Below are positions 36,284 to 44,296 of a DNA stretch of 64,000 bases, one piece after another. The notes below the pieces were generated by a model. It searched no databases, was not told the origin of the DNA, and worked only from the letters and a program-made list of their open reading frames with translations. How positions within the stretch are numbered: position 1 is the stretch's first letter; every line of letters starts with the position of its first letter. The translations under genes and the position numbers were made by a program. Where the stretch lies: IMG/VR virus record IMGVR_UViG_3300042566_000478, positions 1 to 64,000 of that record; one strand, given 5' to 3'. Origin of the DNA: a virus.

Positions 36284-36914
36284 GTTGACTAGTCCTGTAA
36301 TCCTTTCCTTCAAACGGAATCTGAAGCGTTGAGTCTTGAAGAATTGATGACAAGCGTGGTCCGTAAACTTTTGCTAAAGATGCAATGGTGTATTCGGAAG
36401 TAACGATAGTAATCAACTTCTGTTCATACCGACTGTTCAACAATGATACAAGAGCACCTTTTGTAAAATCAGTTTTCTTCTCAGCACCAAGACCGTCAAG
36501 CACCACAATGTCGTAAACCGAATTGAGGTACTTAAGCATGTACTCATCGCCGTACTCTTCTGGCAACTCCCCGTCATTACGAATCTCATCGTAAGAGGCT
36601 TCAACAAACTTTTCGGTAGTGATAAAGAAACCACCAACTTGTTTAGTTGCCAGTAACTCTGTCAACATTGCAGAAGCAAGGTGAGTTTTTCCTGTGCCAG
36701 TTGTTCCGCATAAATACAAACCTTCTCCGTTTGTACGGTTGTCATCAAAGTTCCCCATCCATCCACGAATGGCCTTGACAACACCCCAACTACCAACTTC
36801 TTCGTTGTAGTTTTCTAAAGTCTTATCTGCATACCTACGAGGAATGTGTGCGTTGGATACACGCTCTTTTGGTTGGCGGTTGCGCCAGTAACGAGGACCA
36901 TGCCAATCAGTCAT
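36273..36914 (-). CDS. dnaC: DnaC/IstB-like helicase loader ATPase
   Basis: IPRRY, GTTGTGKTHLA, VLDGLGAE, TIVTS, GKDYR. Confidence 0.85.
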   Translation of the reverse strand: MTDWHGPRYWRNRQPKERVSNAHIPRRYADKTLENYNEEVGSWGVVKAIRGWMGNFDDNRTNGEGLYLCGTTGTGKTHLASAMLTELLATKQVGGFFITTEKFVEASYDEIRNDGELPEEYGDEYMLKYLNSVYDIVVLDGLGAEKKTDFTKGALVSLLNSRYEQKLITIVTSEYTIASLAKVYGPRLSSILQDSTLQIPFEGKDYRTSQHAR

Positions 36915-37314
36915 TAAGGTACTTCTCCAATCGTGGGTCAAACTTCATCTGGTCTTGTGCGGTCTGCACTGTACTGCCCTGAACACGTGCGAACAACTCA
37001 CCTCTTCTTGCAGCAAATGCTCGCCACGGAGTTTCTTGTTCTTTTAATGGTGTTCGTTTAATATCATCAGCAAACAAGTCAATCATTTGGTAAATCTGTT
37101 CATGTGTTACCGAGTCTGCAACCATTGTGCTAAAGATTTTCATCATGGCTGGACCGTTAACAGGGGCGTTTAAAGACATAGACATACCAGAAGTCCTATC
37201 GTGAAGGTATGCAACTAAATCTTTAAGGTTCTTCTTCTTTGTTGGTTCAGCCTTCGGCTTGTCTTCATCAGCGCCGATTACTTTGACATCCCAGTCATCG
37301 TGTTTCTTTTTCAC
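36907..37314 (-). CDS. hypothetical protein (possible initiator C-terminal partner)
   Basis: lies between HTH initiator and loader. Confidence 0.65.
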   Translation of the reverse strand: MKKKHDDWDVKVIGADEDKPKAEPTKKKNLKDLVAYLHDRTSGMSMSLNAPVNGPAMMKIFSTMVADSVTHEQIYQMIDLFADDIKRTPLKEQETPWRAFAARRGELFARVQGSTVQTAQDQMKFDPRLEKYLND

Positions 37315-37826
37315 TCCGCCTCCAAGTTTTTAATCTGGCGCATCCACCTAGGGTCTTGAAGCATAAAAGTAGGAATTTTTCTATCTTTCTTTTTGGCTCC
37401 CTCTAGGGAATGATTAGTCTCTATAGATTGGGTGTCAGGGGTGACACCCTCCGAGGGTGTCGCTGGTGACACTAGGGGGGTGTCACTGCTGACACTATGG
37501 GGGGTGTCGCTGGTGACACCCTCCCTGGATTTCGGGTTGTTAAAGTCAACGGTGTACAAGTTTGTTTTGTTGTTTCCAGCCGAGGCTTTACGAATAGTTT
37601 TTCGGAGCACCCCAGCAGACTCAATCCGCTTCATGGCACGGATAATCGTGCTCCTACCCAAACCTGTCTTTTCAGCAAGGTGGTCGTAAGACGTAGTGAA
37701 TTGCTGTGTGTCATTGTCCATGTACTTCAAAGCGTTTACTAGTACGCATAGGGCTACTGGGTCGTTTCCGATGTACTCCATGACCCAACTTGGAATCGGG
37801 ATAAAGGTTCCACTGAACTTTGCCAT
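37311..37826 (-). CDS. HTH replication initiator (lambda O-like N-terminus)
   Basis: SYDHLAEKTGLGRSTIIRAMKRIESAG, TNLY; internal iterons. Confidence 0.8.
   Translation of the reverse strand: MAKFSGTFIPIPSWVMEYIGNDPVALCVLVNALKYMDNDTQQFTTSYDHLAEKTGLGRSTIIRAMKRIESAGVLRKTIRKASAGNNKTNLYTVDFNNPKSREGVTSDTPHSVSSDTPLVSPATPSEGVTPDTQSIETNHSLEGAKKKDRKIPTFMLQDPRWMRQIKNLEAE
37430..37521. repeat. four palindromic iterons GTGTC-N6-GACAC (putative origin)
   Basis: copies at 37432, 37457, 37480, 37504; AT-rich tract around 37365-37425. Confidence 0.8.
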
Positions 37827-37828
37827 GT

Positions 37829-37857
37829 TTGAATTTCTCCTCTTTGTGTGTTAACAT
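37829..37857 (+). promoter_or_regulatory. plus-strand promoter for element B
   Basis: TTGAAT-17 nt-TAACAT with TG extension. Confidence 0.6.
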
Positions 37858-37863
37858 TTGGTT

Positions 37864-37969
37864 ATGAGAAGGACTTCTTCCTTCTCTGCCATCCCTGGTT
37901 TCCCCTTTCTACAGGGTTGGCTTTTAGGATTGAGGGTGGCAGGGTTTCCTTCTTTGACCTGCCACTCTC
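37864..37969 (+). ncRNA. putative three-hairpin small RNA with anti-RBS loops (element B)
   Basis: stems 37866-37886, 37888-37921, 37932-37969; G-U pair favours plus strand; loops GUUUCCCCUUUCUA and GUUUCCUUCUUUGA. Confidence 0.65.
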
Positions 37970-37971
37970 TC

Positions 37972-38550
37972 CTATAACTGTTTGGTCTGAATAGACCCGT
38001 CAGAATAGACTGTAATCTGCATTACAGGCTTTACAACGGTCAAAACCTTCTCCATGCGTGGGGTAGACACTACTTCAGGTTTTGGCTCATCCTGGGGCTT
38101 CCTAGTGGCCTCTGAGGGGGTATGACCAGGGTCTACCGCTAGTGGAGCAAGCCCATTGGTCAGTTCCAAGCATTCAAGGTTTCGGTCACTTGCCCCAAAA
38201 ACCAGTTCTTTGGTCAGTTCCGTAGGTTCTCCAGACTCGTCTGTATCAAACAATACAAGGACTTTAAGTGTGTTCTCTGAGATGGTTTGGGCTTGTGCAA
38301 AAGCATCTTCTACAAGATTCTCCATGTGGTAGACAATCAAAGAAGCGTCAAGAACTGACGGGTGTACTTTTCCTGTTGAGTACACAATGAATTTTTCATT
38401 GCGAGTAATAAGCCAGTCAAGGACTCGTGCTTGACCTGCGGTTGGTTTACCTGTCCAAATGACATGGAAGCAAGTTCCTTGTGTGTCGTTCAGCCCAGTT
38501 TCAATTACGTTTGCGGAAGCGTTTCCTGTTCCACCGATTAAGTATTCCAT
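37972..38550 (-). CDS. hypothetical protein
   Basis: 192-aa ORF, AAGGA RBS. Confidence 0.75.
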   Translation of the reverse strand: MEYLIGGTGNASANVIETGLNDTQGTCFHVIWTGKPTAGQARVLDWLITRNEKFIVYSTGKVHPSVLDASLIVYHMENLVEDAFAQAQTISENTLKVLVLFDTDESGEPTELTKELVFGASDRNLECLELTNGLAPLAVDPGHTPSEATRKPQDEPKPEVVSTPRMEKVLTVVKPVMQITVYSDGSIQTKQL

Positions 38551-38559
38551 GTTGTTTCC

Positions 38560-38832
38560 TTATTTGATTGATTTTTTATGTGCCATATCTCCAGTTAGGG
38601 TGAGTAAGCGTAGCAGAGTGTGTACTGCTCCTGCAAGTGTCGCTACCACTAAACCTGACAACCATCGTTCATCAAAAGGAACAATAAAGATTGTAATGTA
38701 AGACAATATTGTTCCTGTAGTCACTTTAACCCAAGGCATTACTTCTTTTGGTAATAATGATTCAATAATTTGTAACGCTTTGTAAACGGCTAATGCACAG
38801 ATTATGTAGTTCATGTAAGTCCTGGAATCCAA
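38560..38832 (-). CDS. small multi-pass membrane protein (holin-like)
   Basis: three hydrophobic segments and basic tail; likely start 38814. Confidence 0.55.
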   Translation of the reverse strand: MDSRTYMNYIICALAVYKALQIIESLLPKEVMPWVKVTTGTILSYITIFIVPFDERWLSGLVVATLAGAVHTLLRLLTLTGDMAHKKSIK

Positions 38833-40439
38833 TCGTAAACAATCTCGTAGTCAATGTTTGTGTCAAGTAGCATGGTAACGGGTAGCAACTGCGGAATCAA
38901 CTTTTCTATAGCAAGTTCTGTCTTGCCTTTGTTAGTTGAGTATGTAGAGTAAGAAGCATATTGTGCTCCATCCCACTGGGAATCCGAAAAGTTATCTTGG
39001 TAAATAAATCCACCAAAGTCTGAATCACCATTAAAGAATGTTCCATAAGTTTTTGGTTCAACCATCCACTGGTTTACCAATACAGAGTCATTTGCATCAA
39101 GTGCGTAAATGAGTACTGGGTATGCCATAGCACTAGCACTATCTGGCATCAGAATTACACGGCGTTCACTTGGTGATATTTCAACAGGGATTAAATTGTC
39201 TGTCTGTTCATCTGTGTTCCACTCAGTCCAAGCGGCTGATGCTGACCAATATGAACCCCAGATATCGCCATCACCATCAACCATTATTGAGTTCCAATAG
39301 TCAATGTCATTGTCTACTGGTACAGCAGTTTTTGAGACAAGGGCAAATTGTGCAGAAGCAGAACTTGCATTTGTTACAAACAAACCACCTTCAACAGATG
39401 CGTAAGTGCAAGATGCACTTGACGAACTGAAATCCCATTTTTTAGTTCCAGATGTAACAACAAACTCAGAGTCAGCAATGAGGTTTACTTTTTCTGCATA
39501 CACACGAAATGTATACCGTGGTGAAGAGTAGTTCTCAATAATTTCTACTTGGCAACCAGTAACAGCAATTAAATATTGTTTGATTGCAGACAATGTTCCT
39601 TTACGTTGTCGGTAGTATCCAATGTCTTGAATTATTTGTCGGATGCGAGAAATACCAATGTCATCTGGTGTTACTTCCAGCCCAAACATGTCTGCAAGTA
39701 GCGTAAGTGATTGTGATTCAGTTACGTTTGGGTCATAGTGTTGCATTACAGAATCAAACAAAGTTCGTGTTCTGTTTAACTCAAAACCAAATGTGCTGAG
39801 GTATCTTTCCAACTGACCACGGTCTAGCCCTTGTGGGTCTAGGTTGCGCCCATACGTGTCATTTACACGGTGATGAGTAGGTATGCGTGACCAAATTTGC
39901 TCTTCGGAACCATAATTATATGGAACAAGTTCTTGTAGGTAAGCCACACGTTCGTACCAGTTGACTGCACTGATTCCAGTACCACCCTGGTTCCAATGTA
40001 AGAACATTGAGTAGTACGCCCATTGACCTGTAGGAACACCATTATGTTCAACTGAGTAAACTGAGTCGTATGAATACTGCGTTTTGATTATTGCACCGTC
40101 ACGAACTGTTTCTGGTGGTCCAGTTGGCGAATACACAATAACAATGTCAGTAACTACCGAACTCTCACTTAAGTTTTCTTCTGCTGGTGTGATTGTAAAG
40201 TTTGTCCACTCAAGAAGTACTGAAGAGTAGGAGTTAGAAATTGCTGTAAATGAAGCAGTTGTTGTTAAGTTTTCTGTAACAAAAACAATTCCATCGGAAC
40301 GTATTGCTGAGTCACTGTCTAGTCTGGTAAGACCAGTAGGTGTTGTGGTACTAATACCACGAACATAAGAACCAAACGGGTTTGCATCTGGACTTAACTC
40401 TAAGTCAGTCCTTCGTACTCTAAAGGATACTCTTGCCAT
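38811..40439 (-). CDS. baseplate wedge / tail protein I-like
   Basis: LERYLSTFGFE, YYRQRKGT..AIK motif; follows baseplate J. Confidence 0.75.
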   Translation of the reverse strand: MARVSFRVRRTDLELSPDANPFGSYVRGISTTTPTGLTRLDSDSAIRSDGIVFVTENLTTTASFTAISNSYSSVLLEWTNFTITPAEENLSESSVVTDIVIVYSPTGPPETVRDGAIIKTQYSYDSVYSVEHNGVPTGQWAYYSMFLHWNQGGTGISAVNWYERVAYLQELVPYNYGSEEQIWSRIPTHHRVNDTYGRNLDPQGLDRGQLERYLSTFGFELNRTRTLFDSVMQHYDPNVTESQSLTLLADMFGLEVTPDDIGISRIRQIIQDIGYYRQRKGTLSAIKQYLIAVTGCQVEIIENYSSPRYTFRVYAEKVNLIADSEFVVTSGTKKWDFSSSSASCTYASVEGGLFVTNASSASAQFALVSKTAVPVDNDIDYWNSIMVDGDGDIWGSYWSASAAWTEWNTDEQTDNLIPVEISPSERRVILMPDSASAMAYPVLIYALDANDSVLVNQWMVEPKTYGTFFNGDSDFGGFIYQDNFSDSQWDGAQYASYSTYSTNKGKTELAIEKLIPQLLPVTMLLDTNIDYEIVYDWIPGLT

Positions 40440-40441
40440 AA

Positions 40442-42241
40442 TTAAACGGTGATTCCTCCGCTAGAAGTAATAACAATGTTCTTTAACAAAAGAAGAGATG
40501 CTTCTCCAGAACGCACTCCAGATACAACAGGGTCCGAGCCAACTACGTCAATAACATCGTCAACTAAACCAGTTGTAAATTCTTGTACAGTTGTGTACTG
40601 AACTCCATCTACGGCAAGAATTGTTTGGTACAACTCTCCAAGTGTTATCGTTTGGTTGAAATCAACATTTTCAAATGAGAACATGTCTTTAACCGCAAGA
40701 GCAACATCTTCTTCAATTGCATCACGAACATAGTTAGGCAACACACTTAAAGTAAATTTAATAGAAACTTCGTCAAGTTCAACTTCAGGCATTACGACCA
40801 TGTTTACCCCCACCATGCTTCGTGGGTCAATGTAATCGTAAATTGTGTCTCGCACTTCTGTATCTAATGCAAGTGGCCCAGTAGTAGGGTCAACAGACAC
40901 GGTTCCGTCATAATCGTTAATGTTTCCCAACGCATAGATTTTTACTTGAGCGTTTCTAACATAACCATCAGAAACAGATGCTGAAGCAACACTTGCTGAT
41001 GCTAAATCATAGCGAAGTGTGGTTCCACTGCTACCTGTTTTTACTACATAAGTACCATTGAATGTGTCGTCAATATTGAACACTGCGATTGTTTCTCCCA
41101 CAGAAAAAGTGTGTGAAGAATCGGTAGTTAGTTGTGCAACACTTGCTGACAATTGTTTGTTTGTAATGCTTACTTGTTTAGCAGCAACATTATTTAATAC
41201 CGCTTTTGCTTTAACAACACCAGAGGTACGAAGTGTGAGGTCTTGGTAGTCCGTCAATGACACAGCACGGTCTTGCGACCTAAATGAAGATGTAATGTTT
41301 TTACGTAAGATTTCAATGCTTTCAGGATTTGCACCACCAAATGCTTTAACTGTGTTTGGGATAATAACAAGACCGTCATACCCTGCACCAATACTTGAAT
41401 CTAGTGATTCAAATTCAGTAATGGTATTAGCGGATACGTTTCCTTCAGCGCCTCGTGAAGTCCTGTAAGTAACAGTAATTACAGAGTTAGTGGTTGGTAC
41501 TTTTCCGTTTGCGTTGTTACCAAAGGTAAGAATCGTGTAGTCATCCGATGTAATGCGTGTTGAATATACAAGGTCTGTTCCAGTAGCATCAATCAGTCGC
41601 TCAATTTGAGAATAAGAAACAGAAGAGCCACCAGGTCCTTCATTTACAGTAACTGTAATTGACCTACCTACTACGTTTGGTTGGTTAAGAATAATCTGTT
41701 GATTTGAACCATTAATGCTTGTGTAGGACTCAGTATAAATTTCACCCTCAGTAAGTGGGACTCGGATGTTTCCGTCTGATTTTGAGTACGTAACATAGTT
41801 AGGAACATTTGTTCCACTTACGTTTATAGCAATTGGTGCTTGACTTAAAAAGATAACGTCAGAATTATCATATGGAGATTTACCAACAAACCTAGTATTT
41901 CTAGGAATAAGAACTGGCGCTTCATCTGTGCAGATAGAATCAGAAGGATTAATGAAGATAATCGCAGTTGCGTTACTTACTCCTTGTGCTTTGTAGTCTA
42001 AGAGGCTTGCTAAAGCCAAAACGCTTGACCGTTGTGTAGCGGTTTCCAAAAATGCTTCCTGTGCAACCCTGTCAAGGTAGTAGTGGAGTGTGTCGCCAAG
42101 GTATGCCCATAGGTCAACAAACACCATGCCAAAGTCCGTTGCTTCACGAGATGTCCATTCGGGGATAGTTTCTGAAGCACGTGAAAGCAGGTCTTCACGA
42201 ATAGACGCATAGTCCCTATTGGTATAGTCAAATTTCATCAT
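40442..42241 (-). CDS. baseplate J / wedge protein
   Basis: DYTNRDY.SIR, PEWT, DFG, E.FLETATQRSS, QDRAVSLTDY. Confidence 0.9.
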   Translation of the reverse strand: MMKFDYTNRDYASIREDLLSRASETIPEWTSREATDFGMVFVDLWAYLGDTLHYYLDRVAQEAFLETATQRSSVLALASLLDYKAQGVSNATAIIFINPSDSICTDEAPVLIPRNTRFVGKSPYDNSDVIFLSQAPIAINVSGTNVPNYVTYSKSDGNIRVPLTEGEIYTESYTSINGSNQQIILNQPNVVGRSITVTVNEGPGGSSVSYSQIERLIDATGTDLVYSTRITSDDYTILTFGNNANGKVPTTNSVITVTYRTSRGAEGNVSANTITEFESLDSSIGAGYDGLVIIPNTVKAFGGANPESIEILRKNITSSFRSQDRAVSLTDYQDLTLRTSGVVKAKAVLNNVAAKQVSITNKQLSASVAQLTTDSSHTFSVGETIAVFNIDDTFNGTYVVKTGSSGTTLRYDLASASVASASVSDGYVRNAQVKIYALGNINDYDGTVSVDPTTGPLALDTEVRDTIYDYIDPRSMVGVNMVVMPEVELDEVSIKFTLSVLPNYVRDAIEEDVALAVKDMFSFENVDFNQTITLGELYQTILAVDGVQYTTVQEFTTGLVDDVIDVVGSDPVVSGVRSGEASLLLLKNIVITSSGGITV

Positions 42242-42651
42242 AATGGGGCATCCTCAGTTAACTGGAGTGGATTATTAATTGTATATGTAGTGGTCTTTAC
42301 CATGTTTGTATATGGAAACTGGTAAGTAACCCTAATCCCAAGACTGTTTGGAAGACCAGTGGATATGTCTCCCTGTTCTATTTCCTGAACATCTATAGAA
42401 ATAATGGTTATTGATGGTATTAAGGTGCGTAGTTCAGCAAGAGACTCCATCTTAAACTCTTCAAAAACAAGTGGGTCAAACGACTCAAAGAGAAGGCTGT
42501 AGGAGTTTGAGCCAAATAACTGACTCATCGGGCGTTGACCTTGTTGAGAAAGTAGATATTCTCCTATCTGCTGTTCAACATTAGTCTCAACATCCAATAC
42601 GGCTTCTGTCTTTCCGTACTGATTAATTTGGAATGGGTATTTAAGAATCAT
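42238..42651 (-). CDS. baseplate wedge gp25/W-like
   Basis: YPF, QGQRPM...FGS; position. Confidence 0.75.
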   Translation of the reverse strand: MILKYPFQINQYGKTEAVLDVETNVEQQIGEYLLSQQGQRPMSQLFGSNSYSLLFESFDPLVFEEFKMESLAELRTLIPSITIISIDVQEIEQGDISTGLPNSLGIRVTYQFPYTNMVKTTTYTINNPLQLTEDAPL

Positions 42652-42658
42652 AAGACAG

Positions 42659-42895
42659 TCATCCTTGTGGGTTTACATTAAGAATAAAAACATTAGTAAA
42701 AGATTCATCATCAGCAGTTACAACTACTTGTTCTCCGTTTTGTGGCATAGGCCAAACTCCATCAATTTTCTTTCTACCAATTTTAGAAATTGTTATTGAT
42801 TTATCATTACCAAACTTGGTAGGAATACGAACCCGTATCTCCCCAGTCTCTGAGTTAGTATAAGAAACAATTGCTCTGTAAATGTTAGTAAACAT
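42659..42895 (-). CDS. short baseplate spike (gpV/gp5 OB-fold)
   Basis: IYRAIV, RVRIP, PQNGEQVVV. Confidence 0.7.
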   Translation of the reverse strand: MFTNIYRAIVSYTNSETGEIRVRIPTKFGNDKSITISKIGRKKIDGVWPMPQNGEQVVVTADDESFTNVFILNVNPQG

Positions 42896-44048
42896 AAGCC
42901 ATCTCTTTTTCTGTTACCCATCGTGCTTGGATTAAATTTGATTTGGGAGGTTTCTTATACTGCGGCTCGTTTATAAATGTTCCAGCAACATCAATTGTTG
43001 AATCTGTTTTAATACAAAGTTTTGTAATGTAGTGGTCTGTGTTAATAGAGTGTTCAACATTTTCTACAATCCAGTAACCATCAAACCTTGAATCATAGTT
43101 TTTAACTAGAACTAAAGAACCAGGAACTGGGGTTGAAATACCAGCGACTGTTACTTCTGCATAATAAGGAAAACTGTTTAATTTATAACCTTTTGTCATC
43201 TGGTTTAAATGCGCTTTAGATTGAGATTGAGTAGATATGCTATGCGTAAATCTGTTCTTTACTTTTTTTCCTAAACGTGTTCCTGCCAAAGCAGAGGTAG
43301 AACTTGTAATGGTTTTTCCTCTTTTATCAAGCGTGTTGATGTCATAGTTATGACTATTGCCGTATGGTGTGACATCTCCAAATGTTCCTTTAAACTCTAA
43401 GATGCTTCCAGGTTTTCTATTCTTACCTGCTGCTCTCCCTGGAGACTCCAACTCCGTAATAGGTTGATTATGAAAATATCCAGAGAATGGGTCATACACA
43501 TTAATGTGTGAACTAGTAGCGGTAACACGGTATCCAAACTTGTTTACCTCAGTTACAAGTAGTTCCCAATCAGATTGATTCTGTTGTGAAATAACTGGAA
43601 TAACAAAGTCATTATTAGGAACTGAGTACGAGGCGTTGTATTTTTTTGCCAGAGTTTTTACCAACTTAGATATTGTTGTGTTTTTATATACAGTGTTACC
43701 AATTGTTTTCATTTCGTAACTAGTACCCATACACACAATCTTTGCTTCTTGTATTAATGAGTTGTTTACAGAACCCATTCTGCTATAAGCACCAGCATCT
43801 ACATAAGCCACATACCCATAGAATGCTTTTTTATTTGCGGAATTATTACCAAGAGAAATGTATACGGGTAAACCAACATAGCCAGTGATTGAAGAGGCTG
43901 GAAAACCTGCATAAGTAATTACTGCCATGTCGTGCTTGTCTTCGGCATATGAAACTTCTACAGCAACAATACTTGAGTCACTCACGTTTCCACCGAAGAC
44001 AGATACATCAAGGAGTACCCCTTCATTAAAAAAGTCTTTTCTAATCAT
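42885..44048 (-). CDS. baseplate hub (P2 D / Mu gp44-like)
   Basis: FYGYV, SQQNQSDWELL, DGYWIVENVEH. Confidence 0.8.
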   Translation of the reverse strand: MIRKDFFNEGVLLDVSVFGGNVSDSSIVAVEVSYAEDKHDMAVITYAGFPASSITGYVGLPVYISLGNNSANKKAFYGYVAYVDAGAYSRMGSVNNSLIQEAKIVCMGTSYEMKTIGNTVYKNTTISKLVKTLAKKYNASYSVPNNDFVIPVISQQNQSDWELLVTEVNKFGYRVTATSSHINVYDPFSGYFHNQPITELESPGRAAGKNRKPGSILEFKGTFGDVTPYGNSHNYDINTLDKRGKTITSSTSALAGTRLGKKVKNRFTHSISTQSQSKAHLNQMTKGYKLNSFPYYAEVTVAGISTPVPGSLVLVKNYDSRFDGYWIVENVEHSINTDHYITKLCIKTDSTIDVAGTFINEPQYKKPPKSNLIQARWVTEKEMAYVY

Positions 44049-44296
44049 TGTGGTATACGTATTTCCATTCCAGGAGCAAGGTCTAATGGAAAAGAAATCT
44101 GTGGGTTTACATCAGCAATACGCCACCATTGTGATGCATCTCCAAATAACTTAAACGCCATGTTTTCAATAGTGTCTCCCGATGTGACTAAGTAACGAGA
44201 AACTCTTACTGGGTCTGAGTCTTTACGTGTAGCAATAATTTTTCCATCTGCACCAATCTCAGAACTTACAGCGTATCTAGATAGACCATTAATCAT
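44045..44296 (-). CDS. LysM / tail X-like protein
   Basis: GDTIENMAFKLFGDASQWWRIADVNP...IRIP. Confidence 0.85.
   Translation of the reverse strand: MINGLSRYAVSSEIGADGKIIATRKDSDPVRVSRYLVTSGDTIENMAFKLFGDASQWWRIADVNPQISFPLDLAPGMEIRIPQ

Noticed and set aside
37430-37521. Palindromic repeats as a mini-CRISPR array
   Set aside because: Spacers are only 7-9 nt and the repeats lie inside an initiator gene; iterons fit better. The Cas4-like gene is a solo phage nuclease.
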